DNA of 64,000 bases from Candidatus Omnitrophota bacterium. Its GTDB lineage: Bacteria; Omnitrophota; Gorgyraeia; B26-G9. Below, one piece after another: positions 1-9,940 of the stretch; position 1 is the first letter of the stretch, and every line of letters starts with the position of its first letter. The notes under the pieces are model-generated. The model was not told the origin of the DNA, searched no databases, and was given only the letters and a program-made list of their open reading frames with translations. The translations under genes were made by a program, and so were the position numbers. The stretch spans positions 5,774-69,773 of the forward strand of contig JAHITE010000080.1 in assembly GCA_018817585.1 (NCBI GenBank), given 5' to 3'.

Positions 1-802
<802 letters not shown>

Positions 803-823
803 ATTAATACAGGATAAAGCCTC

Positions 824-1495
824 ATGCTCAAACGCCTTGTGAAAATTATTATTGGTATTAGTTTATTGCCAGTGTGTTTTGGGGCAAGTAAAGCGTTTTA
901 TGAATTACTCCAAGCTTTAGGAACCATGGAGCAAACAATGCTTTATTTTCTTAGCGGCATTGGTTTATATATTCTATTATATTTCTCGGGATTAAAAATG
1001 AGTTTTTTATATGTCTTGGGACATGAAAGCACGCATGCTCTGCTTGCCTTGTTGTGCGGCGGAAAAGTTAAAGCATTTAAAGTCTCGGCACAGGGCGGCA
1101 GTGTGGCGGCCACAAAGAGTAATGTTTTGATCAGTCTGGGACCATATTGTTTGCCCATATACACAATTTTGATTATTGCCGGATTTTTTTGCGCGACGAT
1201 ATTCTATCCTTATATCAATGATTATCTCCAGATTTTAATTCTCCTGATTGGCTGTTCAATCGCATTTCACTTTTTAATGACAGTGCACAGCTTAAGAGTT
1301 GAACAGCCGGATATAACGGAAAATGGATATCTTTTTTCTTTAACTTTGATTTATTTGATTAATCTGAGTATTATTGCTTTACTCTTAGGCGGATTGTTTA
1401 AACAAATAAACATTCTACTTTTTTTTAGACAAACCGGAATATATACCAAAAGCTCGGCAATCTTTTTGTGGGAAAAGCTTCAAAGTTTTAAATAA
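824..1495 (+). CDS. polytopic membrane protein with an HExxH motif (HESTH), putative zinc metallopeptidase-like
   Basis: Five to six hydrophobic helices and an HEstH motif in loop/helix 2. Starts 22 bp after serS. No family can be assigned from sequence alone. Confidence 0.5.
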   Translation: MLKRLVKIIIGISLLPVCFGASKAFYELLQALGTMEQTMLYFLSGIGLYILLYFSGLKMSFLYVLGHESTHALLALLCGGKVKAFKVSAQGGSVAATKSNVLISLGPYCLPIYTILIIAGFFCATIFYPYINDYLQILILLIGCSIAFHFLMTVHSLRVEQPDITENGYLFSLTLIYLINLSIIALLLGGLFKQINILLFFRQTGIYTKSSAIFLWEKLQSFK

Positions 1496-2864
1496 AATCC
1501 AGGGGATCAATCCCTATGGTTGAGGGCTCAACAACTTCTTCAATATTTCTTCCCGTATTGTTTTGCTCATTATCCGACAAATCAATTAATAAAGGATCAG
1601 CTAATAATTGTCCACTGGCATCGATTATTATTTTTACCTGAGGCAGCAGCAAGGCCGTAGGACGCGCTCTTTTGGTAATCGCGAATTCCCTGGTATTTAA
1701 GCGCACTAAACTGCCAGGAGGGTATACCCCCATCATCTGCACAAAGATTTTAAAAAATGCCGGATCAAAATCACAGCCAATCAACCGCATCATAAATGCT
1801 AAAGCTTTATCACAAGGCAAAGAATTTTTATATGGCCGCCTGCTGGTGATCGCGTCATAAATGTCACAGATATTAACAATTAAAGATAGTGGATGCAAAG
1901 GCGCGAGATGCTGGATTCGCGGATATCCACTCAAATCGTACTTCATATGATGCTGCGAAGCAATAATAATTGAAAGTTCATCCATGGTTGCCTGCTGTTC
2001 CAAAATCTGCGCGCCCAATAAAGGATGCTGCTGCATTAACTGCCATTCATCGGGATTTAGTTTGTCGGGTTTATTTAATATTTTTAACGGAATCTTTGTT
2101 TTTCCAATATCATGCAAAATCGCGGCTCTAGCCAGACGATTGAGCAGTAAAGGATCCTCAATCACTGTTGTTGCTAACGCAACTGAAAGAATCGCCACAT
2201 TAGTTGAATGGGTAAAAGTGTATTCATCATAACTGCGCAGAGCCGCTAACGCTAAACTAGAGCAGCTGTCTTGGGCAATCAAGCTGGTAATATCCTGGGC
2301 AACTTTATCCACAACATCTAAAGGTAAAACCTTGCCAGCCTGGATTGCTGAATAAATAAGCTTATTGGCTTCAATGCTGCCCCCATAAACTTTATTTGCT
2401 TCCAACAAAGTATGTTTGTTATCTTCTTTTTTATCCCGCTTTTTTTCCACAATAATGCTCGCGATATTAGCTTTACCCAACTCACTTTGTAATCCTTCAG
2501 CATTCAAATGTTTAATTTTATCAGAGAGCATTTGGACAAAAAGACTTAAGTTCTGCGGACTTAAGCCAATTTTAAAACAAATACATTTAATTGCTTTTGA
2601 CTCCAGCATTTGGGCTACTTTTTCCACAATATGTTTTATTTCATACAAAGGGATTCCTTCATAGGCAAATTGGCCTTCTAGAATGTCTAGATAAATTTCC
2701 GGCAGAATATTAAAAGCTTCTTTTAAAGCAGCTAACGTTTGATGGGTTTGGGCAACAACATTCGGATGGTGTGGTGGATATAAACCGCTTTCAGTGAGTA
2801 AAAGGGAAAAGTTTTTCACGAAAACCTTAACCAGCTGTTTTATAATCGCTTGATCCATTAGCAT
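1488..2864 (-). CDS. HD-GYP c-di-GMP phosphodiesterase with a DUF3391-like N-terminal domain
   Basis: HDIGK, HHMKYDLSGYP and GCDFDP motifs typical of HD-GYP. Long N-terminal non-catalytic domain. Confidence 0.8.
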   Translation of the reverse strand: MLMDQAIIKQLVKVFVKNFSLLLTESGLYPPHHPNVVAQTHQTLAALKEAFNILPEIYLDILEGQFAYEGIPLYEIKHIVEKVAQMLESKAIKCICFKIGLSPQNLSLFVQMLSDKIKHLNAEGLQSELGKANIASIIVEKKRDKKEDNKHTLLEANKVYGGSIEANKLIYSAIQAGKVLPLDVVDKVAQDITSLIAQDSCSSLALAALRSYDEYTFTHSTNVAILSVALATTVIEDPLLLNRLARAAILHDIGKTKIPLKILNKPDKLNPDEWQLMQQHPLLGAQILEQQATMDELSIIIASQHHMKYDLSGYPRIQHLAPLHPLSLIVNICDIYDAITSRRPYKNSLPCDKALAFMMRLIGCDFDPAFFKIFVQMMGVYPPGSLVRLNTREFAITKRARPTALLLPQVKIIIDASGQLLADPLLIDLSDNEQNNTGRNIEEVVEPSTIGIDPLDFI

Positions 2865-2898
2865 CCCTCAATCAATGTTTGGATTTTTTTAACTTATT

Positions 2899-5094
2899 TT
2901 ATTTGTTTTGTAATTCTTTGAGCTCAATTTTCGCGAAAACACGCAAAGCCTTAGGTTCAGCCGGGAAAAACAGTATTTTGCGTTTATGCTTAATTTCCTT
3001 TAGCACGCTGATTGTTAGTTCCTTGTCCAAACTGCGCAAAGATTTTAAAGCCGCAACGCGGATATCAATATTTAACAGCTCATTATCGCACATAGCCTCC
3101 TGTCCACGGGCAATCAAAGCAATGGTGGAACGCACTTCTTTATATCTAAAACCAGCTAAATATTCAATGCAGACAATGCGCAAAGCAATGAGCTTATGCC
3201 CCAAAATTTGCAAGAGCATGTTTAAAGCCGCGTGTGATTTGCGGTTGGCAATCAGCTTTAAAGCTCGTTGCGCTAAAATAATATTTTCATGAAACAATAT
3301 CGGCCAGACCAAAGGCAGCGCGGCATCATCATTAATTAGCTGCATTAATTCCAGTAAACGTAAAATGCTGTTGGTTGGCTCCTTGCATAAATCGATGTTT
3401 AATTTTAAAGCAGCAGTGCTATATTGCTCTAGAATAACTTGTTTAATTATTGTATCTTTGGATAAGTCACCTTTTTGCGTGTATAGTCTAAGGAGTAAGG
3501 CGATCAGTCTGTGTGAAAACAGGATAAATAAATCTTGTAAACAAAGTTTGGTTTTTGTTTCGGAATAAGTTTTAGTCATTTCTAAGATAAATTTTTCAAT
3601 CAGTGCTTCGGGAAAATGCTCCAAAGCATCCGCGATAAATAGTTTGTGCTCAGTAGTGATTAAAGACTCTGGTTTAAGTTGTTCCGCGAAAAAGTTAAAG
3701 GATTGACTGCTTTGCTCCAGGTCAGAACCGTGTAAAATACTTTTGGTTATTTGCAGGCATTTATCCAGCAAATCATTAAACACGGGGGTTTCTAATGGGT
3801 CAGACAATAAAGCGTGCAGGATTTCCAGATGTGCTGGAATCTCAGAATATTCTTCGATATATTTTTTTAAAATATCTTTTTCAAAGTGTACGGTTTTTAA
3901 TACATTTAAACCATCAATAATGTCGATTTTTTCTTCAGAGGTTATGGCGCCTAAAGCCAGGTCCACATTATCTTCCAGAGAAAGGCCAGGAGCAAAAGCC
4001 GAACAGATGTCATTTAAAATCGAAGAGGTTTTATCGGAATGCTCTAATCCGGTTTGCAGGGCCTGCTTGAAAGCCGGAAGAAAATTTAAAAAAGCGCTGC
4101 GGTCAATAAACACTCTGCTTAAGACATGTTTGGTATGCGCTATAATACTGAAAGTTTGATTTGATTCAGCGATTTTTTTAACAAACAATTTCGCGGTTTG
4201 CCCGGGGCTCATTTGTTCAAGTAGATAATTAGCGGCTTGCGTGTATTGGAGGATTTCTGCGTCGGGATCTTCAAATACCAAATCAAATAATGTTTCATTG
4301 CCGAACGCGGCAATTAAATCTTTTAAGATTGTATGGATTTCTTCTTCTTCAGAAAGTTCCAATGTGGTAATCGCGATTTTAATTTTATTTAGAATTTTAA
4401 GAATTAACTGGTTTTCACCCAGAGCAGAGGTTTGTTTTCTAATACTAAACTGCGAGGCAATTTTAATCAATTCGCAGACCAGTTGTGACTCTTGAAGCAA
4501 TTCATATAGAAAATGAGTTTGTTCAGAATCTAAAAAAGGCATCTCGTCGTCAGTAAAATAACGAAAGATAATACTGTTGGTTAAACTCAGCAAGCGCTCC
4601 TGATCCAGGGTGGAGTGTTTGCTGGAATAATATTCAATAATCCGAATTCCTTTGGAGCCTTTTTGAATTAAAATTTTACCCGCTCCACCCAAAGACGATA
4701 TTTTGCTGGTTTCAAAATTAAAGATTTCTACTAAAAGATCAATGTCAGTTAAGTTGGTGGCTGGATTGAAAATGATTTGGCGGATATAACGTTTTTGCAT
4801 TTCTTCAATAAAATCATCAATCCCCGGCAGCTTTTGATTATCCAAATGAATATCCAGAATATAAAGATTATTTTCATAGATGCGGAATACCGCGATTTGT
4901 TTTTGCGCGATAACTTCCTGAAGGGTTGTGTAGAATTTTTCTACAACTTGACTGAGCATTTGATGTCCGCGCGGATAGAGATGGACTGCTTTTAGCATGC
5001 CGAATAAACTCGCCGCGATTTGGCTGGCAAGTTTTATTTCCGCGGCAGTGTGTTCATGTTTATTCTGAGCTGTGTTTTGATCCATAAAAGGCAT
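2899..5094 (-). CDS. large HEAT/ARM-like repeat protein, probably co-transcribed with the HD-GYP gene
   Basis: 731-aa ORF with helical repeats near the C-terminus (PBS-lyase/HEAT-like). Tightly linked upstream of the HD-GYP gene on the same strand. Confidence 0.5.
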   Translation of the reverse strand: MPFMDQNTAQNKHEHTAAEIKLASQIAASLFGMLKAVHLYPRGHQMLSQVVEKFYTTLQEVIAQKQIAVFRIYENNLYILDIHLDNQKLPGIDDFIEEMQKRYIRQIIFNPATNLTDIDLLVEIFNFETSKISSLGGAGKILIQKGSKGIRIIEYYSSKHSTLDQERLLSLTNSIIFRYFTDDEMPFLDSEQTHFLYELLQESQLVCELIKIASQFSIRKQTSALGENQLILKILNKIKIAITTLELSEEEEIHTILKDLIAAFGNETLFDLVFEDPDAEILQYTQAANYLLEQMSPGQTAKLFVKKIAESNQTFSIIAHTKHVLSRVFIDRSAFLNFLPAFKQALQTGLEHSDKTSSILNDICSAFAPGLSLEDNVDLALGAITSEEKIDIIDGLNVLKTVHFEKDILKKYIEEYSEIPAHLEILHALLSDPLETPVFNDLLDKCLQITKSILHGSDLEQSSQSFNFFAEQLKPESLITTEHKLFIADALEHFPEALIEKFILEMTKTYSETKTKLCLQDLFILFSHRLIALLLRLYTQKGDLSKDTIIKQVILEQYSTAALKLNIDLCKEPTNSILRLLELMQLINDDAALPLVWPILFHENIILAQRALKLIANRKSHAALNMLLQILGHKLIALRIVCIEYLAGFRYKEVRSTIALIARGQEAMCDNELLNIDIRVAALKSLRSLDKELTISVLKEIKHKRKILFFPAEPKALRVFAKIELKELQNK

Positions 5095-5730
5095 CCCCTA
5101 ATCAGGTTAATATTATAGCAAATAATATTAAATGAATAAAGGAAAAAAGCGCCGCTTGATTCAGCCTGATATTGTGGAGAGAGATGATCTATAAAAAATG
5201 GTCTTGACATTGGGGAGAGGCATAGAGCGTCTAAAGTAGTAAATTCTTTTTCAAGCCCTTCTTGGCCAATAATGCCAAATTACTCACTTGTTCCTCTGTA
5301 ATATTGCTCATAGTCAAAACTACTTTAATAACAGCATGTTACCTCTGTTACTACATATATAGCCATAAGTTTGGAGATATAGGAAGTTTATTGGCGTAAT
5401 AAATAGGGGCAAAATAAGAGGAGAAAAGATGGCAAAGATTATACACGTAGTTTACAAGAAGGGAAAATGCTAATCATCCAAAGGCAAAGACTTTAAGAAA
5501 AAACTGGATGATATTCAAGCCTGAAAATACGAATAGTGAAGGGGAAAAGATTGTTTTCCCCTATCGGCGTGCTGGAACTTCCTGCTATGAACCAGAGCAT
5601 AGCTCGATTCATGGTTAGCGCAAGGAGGGAAACATAAGGGTTCCTCTTTAAGGAGTGAGTGGCCCTGTATTTCAAGTGAAACGATACGACAGGTTTGGGG
5701 GAAGCGAAAGTCCTCGCAGATTGTAAACAA

Positions 5731-6470
5731 GGGACAGCGACTAGTTTTTATTGACAACAACATAGGTTATTTGTATGATGGTTGTATGCCAAGAATAGCC
5801 AGAGTAGTTGTGAAAGATTGCCCGCATCATATTACCCAGCGAGGTAATTATAAACAAATAACTTTTTCTGAAGACAGTGATTATCAGCGATATCTGGAAT
5901 TGATAAAAGAATATAGCGATAAAAATAAACTGTTGATAATCAGTTATTGTTTAATGCCCAACCATGTGCATTTCATTGCAGTTCCTATAAATCAGGATTC
6001 TTTTGCCAGAACGTTTAATTCGGCGCATATGAGGTATTCTCAATATTATAATAAGAAGAATGGAGTCAGTGGTCATTTATGGCAGGGAAGATTTTATTCT
6101 TGTGCGTTGGACGAGAAGCATTTATATGAGGCAGTAAGATATGTCGAAAATAATCCGGTAAGGGCCGGTTTGGTGATGAGTGCGAAAGATTGGAAATACA
6201 GTAGTGCAAAAGCGCATGGATCAGGCAACAGTAGCTTAGGAGAGTTAACGTTATTAAAGATTAACAGGTATGTTCAGGTAGCAGATTGGGATAAATATTT
6301 GAATGAAAGAACAGATGGGGCAGTAGTAGAATTAATTAAAGGAAATACGTTGACGGGAAGACCCTCTGGTAGTTCAAGTTTCGTTCGGAAATTGGAGCAG
6401 GTGTTTGGAATGAGGTTGACTCCTTTGTCAGAAGGGCGGCCCAAAAAGGCTAAAAACTAGTCGCTGTCCC
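5731..6470 (+). mobile_element. RAYT/IS200-like element bounded by perfect 19-bp terminal inverted repeats
   Basis: gggacagcgactagttttt at 5731-5749 and its exact reverse complement aaaaactagtcgctgtccc at 6452-6470 flank a single Y1 (HuH) transposase gene. Confidence 0.7.
5771..6460 (+). CDS. REP-associated tyrosine transposase (RAYT), IS200/Y1 transposase family
   Basis: HuH motif (NHVHFIAVP) and a downstream conserved Tyr region (RYSQYY...HLWQGRFYS...VENNPVRAGLV), characteristic of COG1943/Y1_Tnp. The true start may be the ATG at 5786. Confidence 0.8.
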   Translation: MYDGCMPRIARVVVKDCPHHITQRGNYKQITFSEDSDYQRYLELIKEYSDKNKLLIISYCLMPNHVHFIAVPINQDSFARTFNSAHMRYSQYYNKKNGVSGHLWQGRFYSCALDEKHLYEAVRYVENNPVRAGLVMSAKDWKYSSAKAHGSGNSSLGELTLLKINRYVQVADWDKYLNERTDGAVVELIKGNTLTGRPSGSSSFVRKLEQVFGMRLTPLSEGRPKKAKN

Positions 6471-6501
6471 TAGTTATGGGGCAGAAGAAAGGGGATAGAT
6501 T

Positions 6502-9500
6502 ATGAGGAAAATATTGTTTGCTTGTTTAGGATTAATGATCGGAGTGTTAAGCATTATACCGTGTGTTGGGGCAAAAGAAGTGGATATGTGTATTGCTTCT
6601 AAAACAATGTGTATGCCCAGCTATGTGGTACAGGAGGCTGCTTACATTGGTAAGGTAGAAGATGCTACTGTGTTTGTGGATACAAAATTAAAGATTGAAG
6701 TTTTAGCTGAGCAGCAGAGTAGCGTTCCTTTGTTTACTCAGGATGTGGCAATGATTAAAACCGCTTTACCTAAAGGCGTATTGCTGCTGCAGCGAGAAGG
6801 CAGGTATAATCTGCTTTTTCCGGGTAAAGGCAGTTATTCTGTTGGACTGCAATTCACCGCCTTGGTTAATCAGAAAAGTGATCGTAATATGCTGAATCTT
6901 GAGGTATTTCCGTCAGCGATTTCCACATTACAATTGGTGTTCGAGGGGATTGATCTGGATATTCAAAGCAGTCCGGCAATGAGCACGCAGATAAAAGCCA
7001 AAGGTAAAAACACGGAATTTACAGCTTATTTGGGAGCGGCTAAACAGATTGAAGTGAGTTGGTTTGCCAAGCCTACGGCTTTAGCCAAAGCAGATCTTTT
7101 GTTTAATTCAGAGAATAATACTCTGATTACTATATCCTCTGGCGTGATTAATACCCGGACTTTTTTAAATTACAAAGTTATTCAGGGGAAACTTTCTCAA
7201 TTTAATGTGTCTTTGCCGGAAAATATGAATCTGTTGACTGTTAAAGGCGAAAACCTGAAAAACTGGACATTAAAAAAAGAGAAGAATAAGCAGATTCTTA
7301 GCGTGGAATTAACAAAGGAAATCTCCGATACATATCAATTAGTGCTGGACGCGGAAGAAATAAAAGATAAGATTGAAGGTAATTATAGCACGTCGGATAT
7401 TATTTCTTTAGACTCTGAAAGGGAAAATGGCTATTACGCGTTTAAGGTAAAAGATGATTATAAACTGCGTTCTTTGCAGCGCGATGGAGTTAGTCAGCTG
7501 AATATCGCGGAATTACCGCAACAGCTAAAAGATGCCGGAGACGGCGAAGCAAATATTTCTTTAGCGTATCGTTTTTTACGTGATCCTAAAGAACTGATGA
7601 TTAATATTGAGAAAACAATGCCGGAAATATCCGCCCGGAATAATGTTTTTCTTGATGTGTCAGAAGAAGTAATGCGGCTGCTGATTATGACTGATTATAA
7701 GATTGAGAAAGCAGGGGTGTTTAATTTTAATCTGGAATTGCCCGGCGATATGGATGTTATTGATGTTAAAGGTTTAAATATTGAAAACTGGAAAGTAAAT
7801 CAAAAAGGGAATAGGCAGGATCTGGAAATCCAGCTGCGCACTAAGGCCATCGGGGATTATCGCTTATTAGTTAAGCTGGAAAAGCCGGTAAAAGATATTT
7901 ATCAGGATATTCAGATGCCGCAGGTAAATGTTTTAAATGTGGATAAGCTGACGGGTTTTATTGGTGTGGCTTGCGAGAGCAGTATTAATCTTAAAACAAA
8001 ACACCGCGGTAAGCTTACGGAAACAGCTTTATCAGATTTAATCGAGATTCCCGGGGAGAAAATCTATCCGAACTTAGCGTATAAGTTTATTACCCAGCCT
8101 TATGAACTGCAGCTGGCAGTAGAAAAGGTTGATCCGCGGGTAATGGCGGATGTCTTTACCTTTTTATCAGTGGGTGAAGGTTTGGTCCTGGTTAATTCAG
8201 CGGTAACATTTGATGTTTTATTTGCCGGAGTTGATCAGTTTGAAATTGTCTTACCTAATGATGTCAGCGGAGTGGATATCATGGGACAGGGAATTAAAGC
8301 CAAAGCAGAACGTTTAGAAGAAATGGATGTAAACGGTCAGAAGAAAAAAGTAAAAATATATACGATTTCTTTACATTCTAAAGTAAAGGGCAAGTATAAT
8401 CTTTACTGTGCCTATGAAAAAGTATTAAAAAATCTTTCGGAAAAAACAGAAATGCCGGCATTTCAGGTTCTTGGGGTCGAACGTCAGACCGGCAGTGTGG
8501 CCATTGGTCCAAGGGCAAATGTGGAAATTGAATTAGTTAATATTGACGGGGCCAGCCAGGTAGATGTTAAGGAATTACCGCAGGATAAACTTGCCGGCGC
8601 GGATATTCCGATATTATACGCTTTACAATATGTCCGCTATCCATATAGCGTGGGCTTAGACATTAAAAAGCACGAAGATGTCGCGGTATTGGTGGCGGTA
8701 GTTGAAGCAGCAAATATTACAACTGTTTTAGGTAAAGACGGGCAGATTATTGTCAGCGCGAAGTATCAGATTAAAAACAGAACAAAACAGTATTTAGACA
8801 TAGCTTTGCCTAAAAATGTGGAAATCTGGAGCACTTTTGTTGACGGCAAAGCGGTAAAACCCGCGAAAACCGAAGAAAATAAAATATTATTACCCTTGGT
8901 TAAGTATGAAGAAAAAGACCGCAGTTTTCCTGTGGAAATAATTTATGAAGTTAAGCGTTCTAAATTTTTCCTGTTTGGCAGGATAAATCTTACTGCGCCG
9001 CAGTTTGATATTCCGCTGACAAATGTTACCTGGGATGTGTATATGCCGTTTGGTTATAATTATTTTAATCTTAGCGGTAATCTGGAACCAGGTACAAGAG
9101 TTTTTGCTCAGGGCAGATGGAGGCAGCCGCAGGAACATATGGATAAAAGGATTATTGGCGGACTTAATGTTGAAAAGCTTGGGAGAGACATGCCCGCCAG
9201 GTCGCAAGAACTAATGGACTATGAGACCTGCGCGGATACATCGTTTTGTGATTTAAAAAAAGAAGCCTATACGCAGAAGCCCGCGCCAGAAATCTGGCAG
9301 AAAAAAGACCAGACATTTGTCTCAAATATAAATACTCAGACCGCGCGTTATAATCAGCAGTTAGCTCCGTCAAAAACCAAGCAAGTGGCAACCAAAGGCA
9401 GACAAAAAGGGGTATTACCGATTCATATTACCATTCCGACTGGAGGCAAACTCTATACATTTACCAAATTAATCAGCCGGGAGCAGCTAAAGATACATGC

Positions 9501-9633
9501 TTTTTATACTAAGAAATCAGGCAGACTATTGTTTTTGATTATTTTGTTCGCGGGCATCGCAATAATTATCCGCTATAAACAAAATGTAATAAAAACAATC
9601 CAAAATCTCAGCAGAAAAAACAAGCCGGAATAA
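6502..9633 (+). CDS. large secreted or surface protein with about three internal repeats of ~130 aa and a C-terminal TM anchor
   Basis: N-terminal signal peptide (MRKILFACLGLMIGVLSIIPCVGA). Repeated ...NLKNWTLKKEKNKQILSVELTK... / ...NIENWKVNQKGNRQDLEIQLRTK... / ...GQKKKVKIYTISLHSK... modules. C-terminal hydrophobic helix followed by a basic tail. Confidence 0.6.
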   Translation: MRKILFACLGLMIGVLSIIPCVGAKEVDMCIASKTMCMPSYVVQEAAYIGKVEDATVFVDTKLKIEVLAEQQSSVPLFTQDVAMIKTALPKGVLLLQREGRYNLLFPGKGSYSVGLQFTALVNQKSDRNMLNLEVFPSAISTLQLVFEGIDLDIQSSPAMSTQIKAKGKNTEFTAYLGAAKQIEVSWFAKPTALAKADLLFNSENNTLITISSGVINTRTFLNYKVIQGKLSQFNVSLPENMNLLTVKGENLKNWTLKKEKNKQILSVELTKEISDTYQLVLDAEEIKDKIEGNYSTSDIISLDSERENGYYAFKVKDDYKLRSLQRDGVSQLNIAELPQQLKDAGDGEANISLAYRFLRDPKELMINIEKTMPEISARNNVFLDVSEEVMRLLIMTDYKIEKAGVFNFNLELPGDMDVIDVKGLNIENWKVNQKGNRQDLEIQLRTKAIGDYRLLVKLEKPVKDIYQDIQMPQVNVLNVDKLTGFIGVACESSINLKTKHRGKLTETALSDLIEIPGEKIYPNLAYKFITQPYELQLAVEKVDPRVMADVFTFLSVGEGLVLVNSAVTFDVLFAGVDQFEIVLPNDVSGVDIMGQGIKAKAERLEEMDVNGQKKKVKIYTISLHSKVKGKYNLYCAYEKVLKNLSEKTEMPAFQVLGVERQTGSVAIGPRANVEIELVNIDGASQVDVKELPQDKLAGADIPILYALQYVRYPYSVGLDIKKHEDVAVLVAVVEAANITTVLGKDGQIIVSAKYQIKNRTKQYLDIALPKNVEIWSTFVDGKAVKPAKTEENKILLPLVKYEEKDRSFPVEIIYEVKRSKFFLFGRINLTAPQFDIPLTNVTWDVYMPFGYNYFNLSGNLEPGTRVFAQGRWRQPQEHMDKRIIGGLNVEKLGRDMPARSQELMDYETCADTSFCDLKKEAYTQKPAPEIWQKKDQTFVSNINTQTARYNQQLAPSKTKQVATKGRQKGVLPIHITIPTGGKLYTFTKLISREQLKIHAFYTKKSGRLLFLIILFAGIAIIIRYKQNVIKTIQNLSRKNKPE

Positions 9634-9660
9634 GCAAAACATTAATCGCGGGTATTTAAA

Positions 9661-9701
9661 ACAGCCTTTGCTGGTAAATTACGCAAAGGCTGTTTTACTT
9701 T
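9661..9701 (+). terminator. rho-independent terminator after the large surface protein gene
   Basis: cagcctttgc ... gcaaaggctg stem followed by ttttacttt. Confidence 0.6.
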
Positions 9702-9940
9702 AATAGCTGAATATTTAGGAGATGATTTGAATATTTAGCATGTGGAAGCATGTGGATATAATAGATTTGGCTTGACATTTGCTATAAATCATTTGCTATA
9801 AATCTTCTTGCCCGGGGTGTTATAAAGAGTTATACTATTTACTAAAGAAAAACGCCACGGAAGGTGTCAGCGGAGTTTTTTTGCTTTAAAGCGGGGAATG
9901 TTTTTAGGAATTATTTTCTTTGCGCAAAATAATATATAAT

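Noticed and set aside
5560-5730. RNase P RNA-like GAAAGUCC motif (gaagcgaaagtcc at 5701-5713).
   Set aside because: The motif lies at the wrong end relative to the other conserved RNase P blocks, and no GGGCUCC / ACAGAACCCGGCUUA counterparts are present. More likely it is part of the REP/RAYT flank.
9739-9805. Direct repeats catgtgga x2 and tttgctataaatc x2 upstream of the PAS-kinase gene as a defined operator.
   Set aside because: These are short and AT-rich, overlap plausible -35/-10 elements (ttgaca at 9772) and have no second occurrence elsewhere in the window. They are noted only as part of the promoter region.
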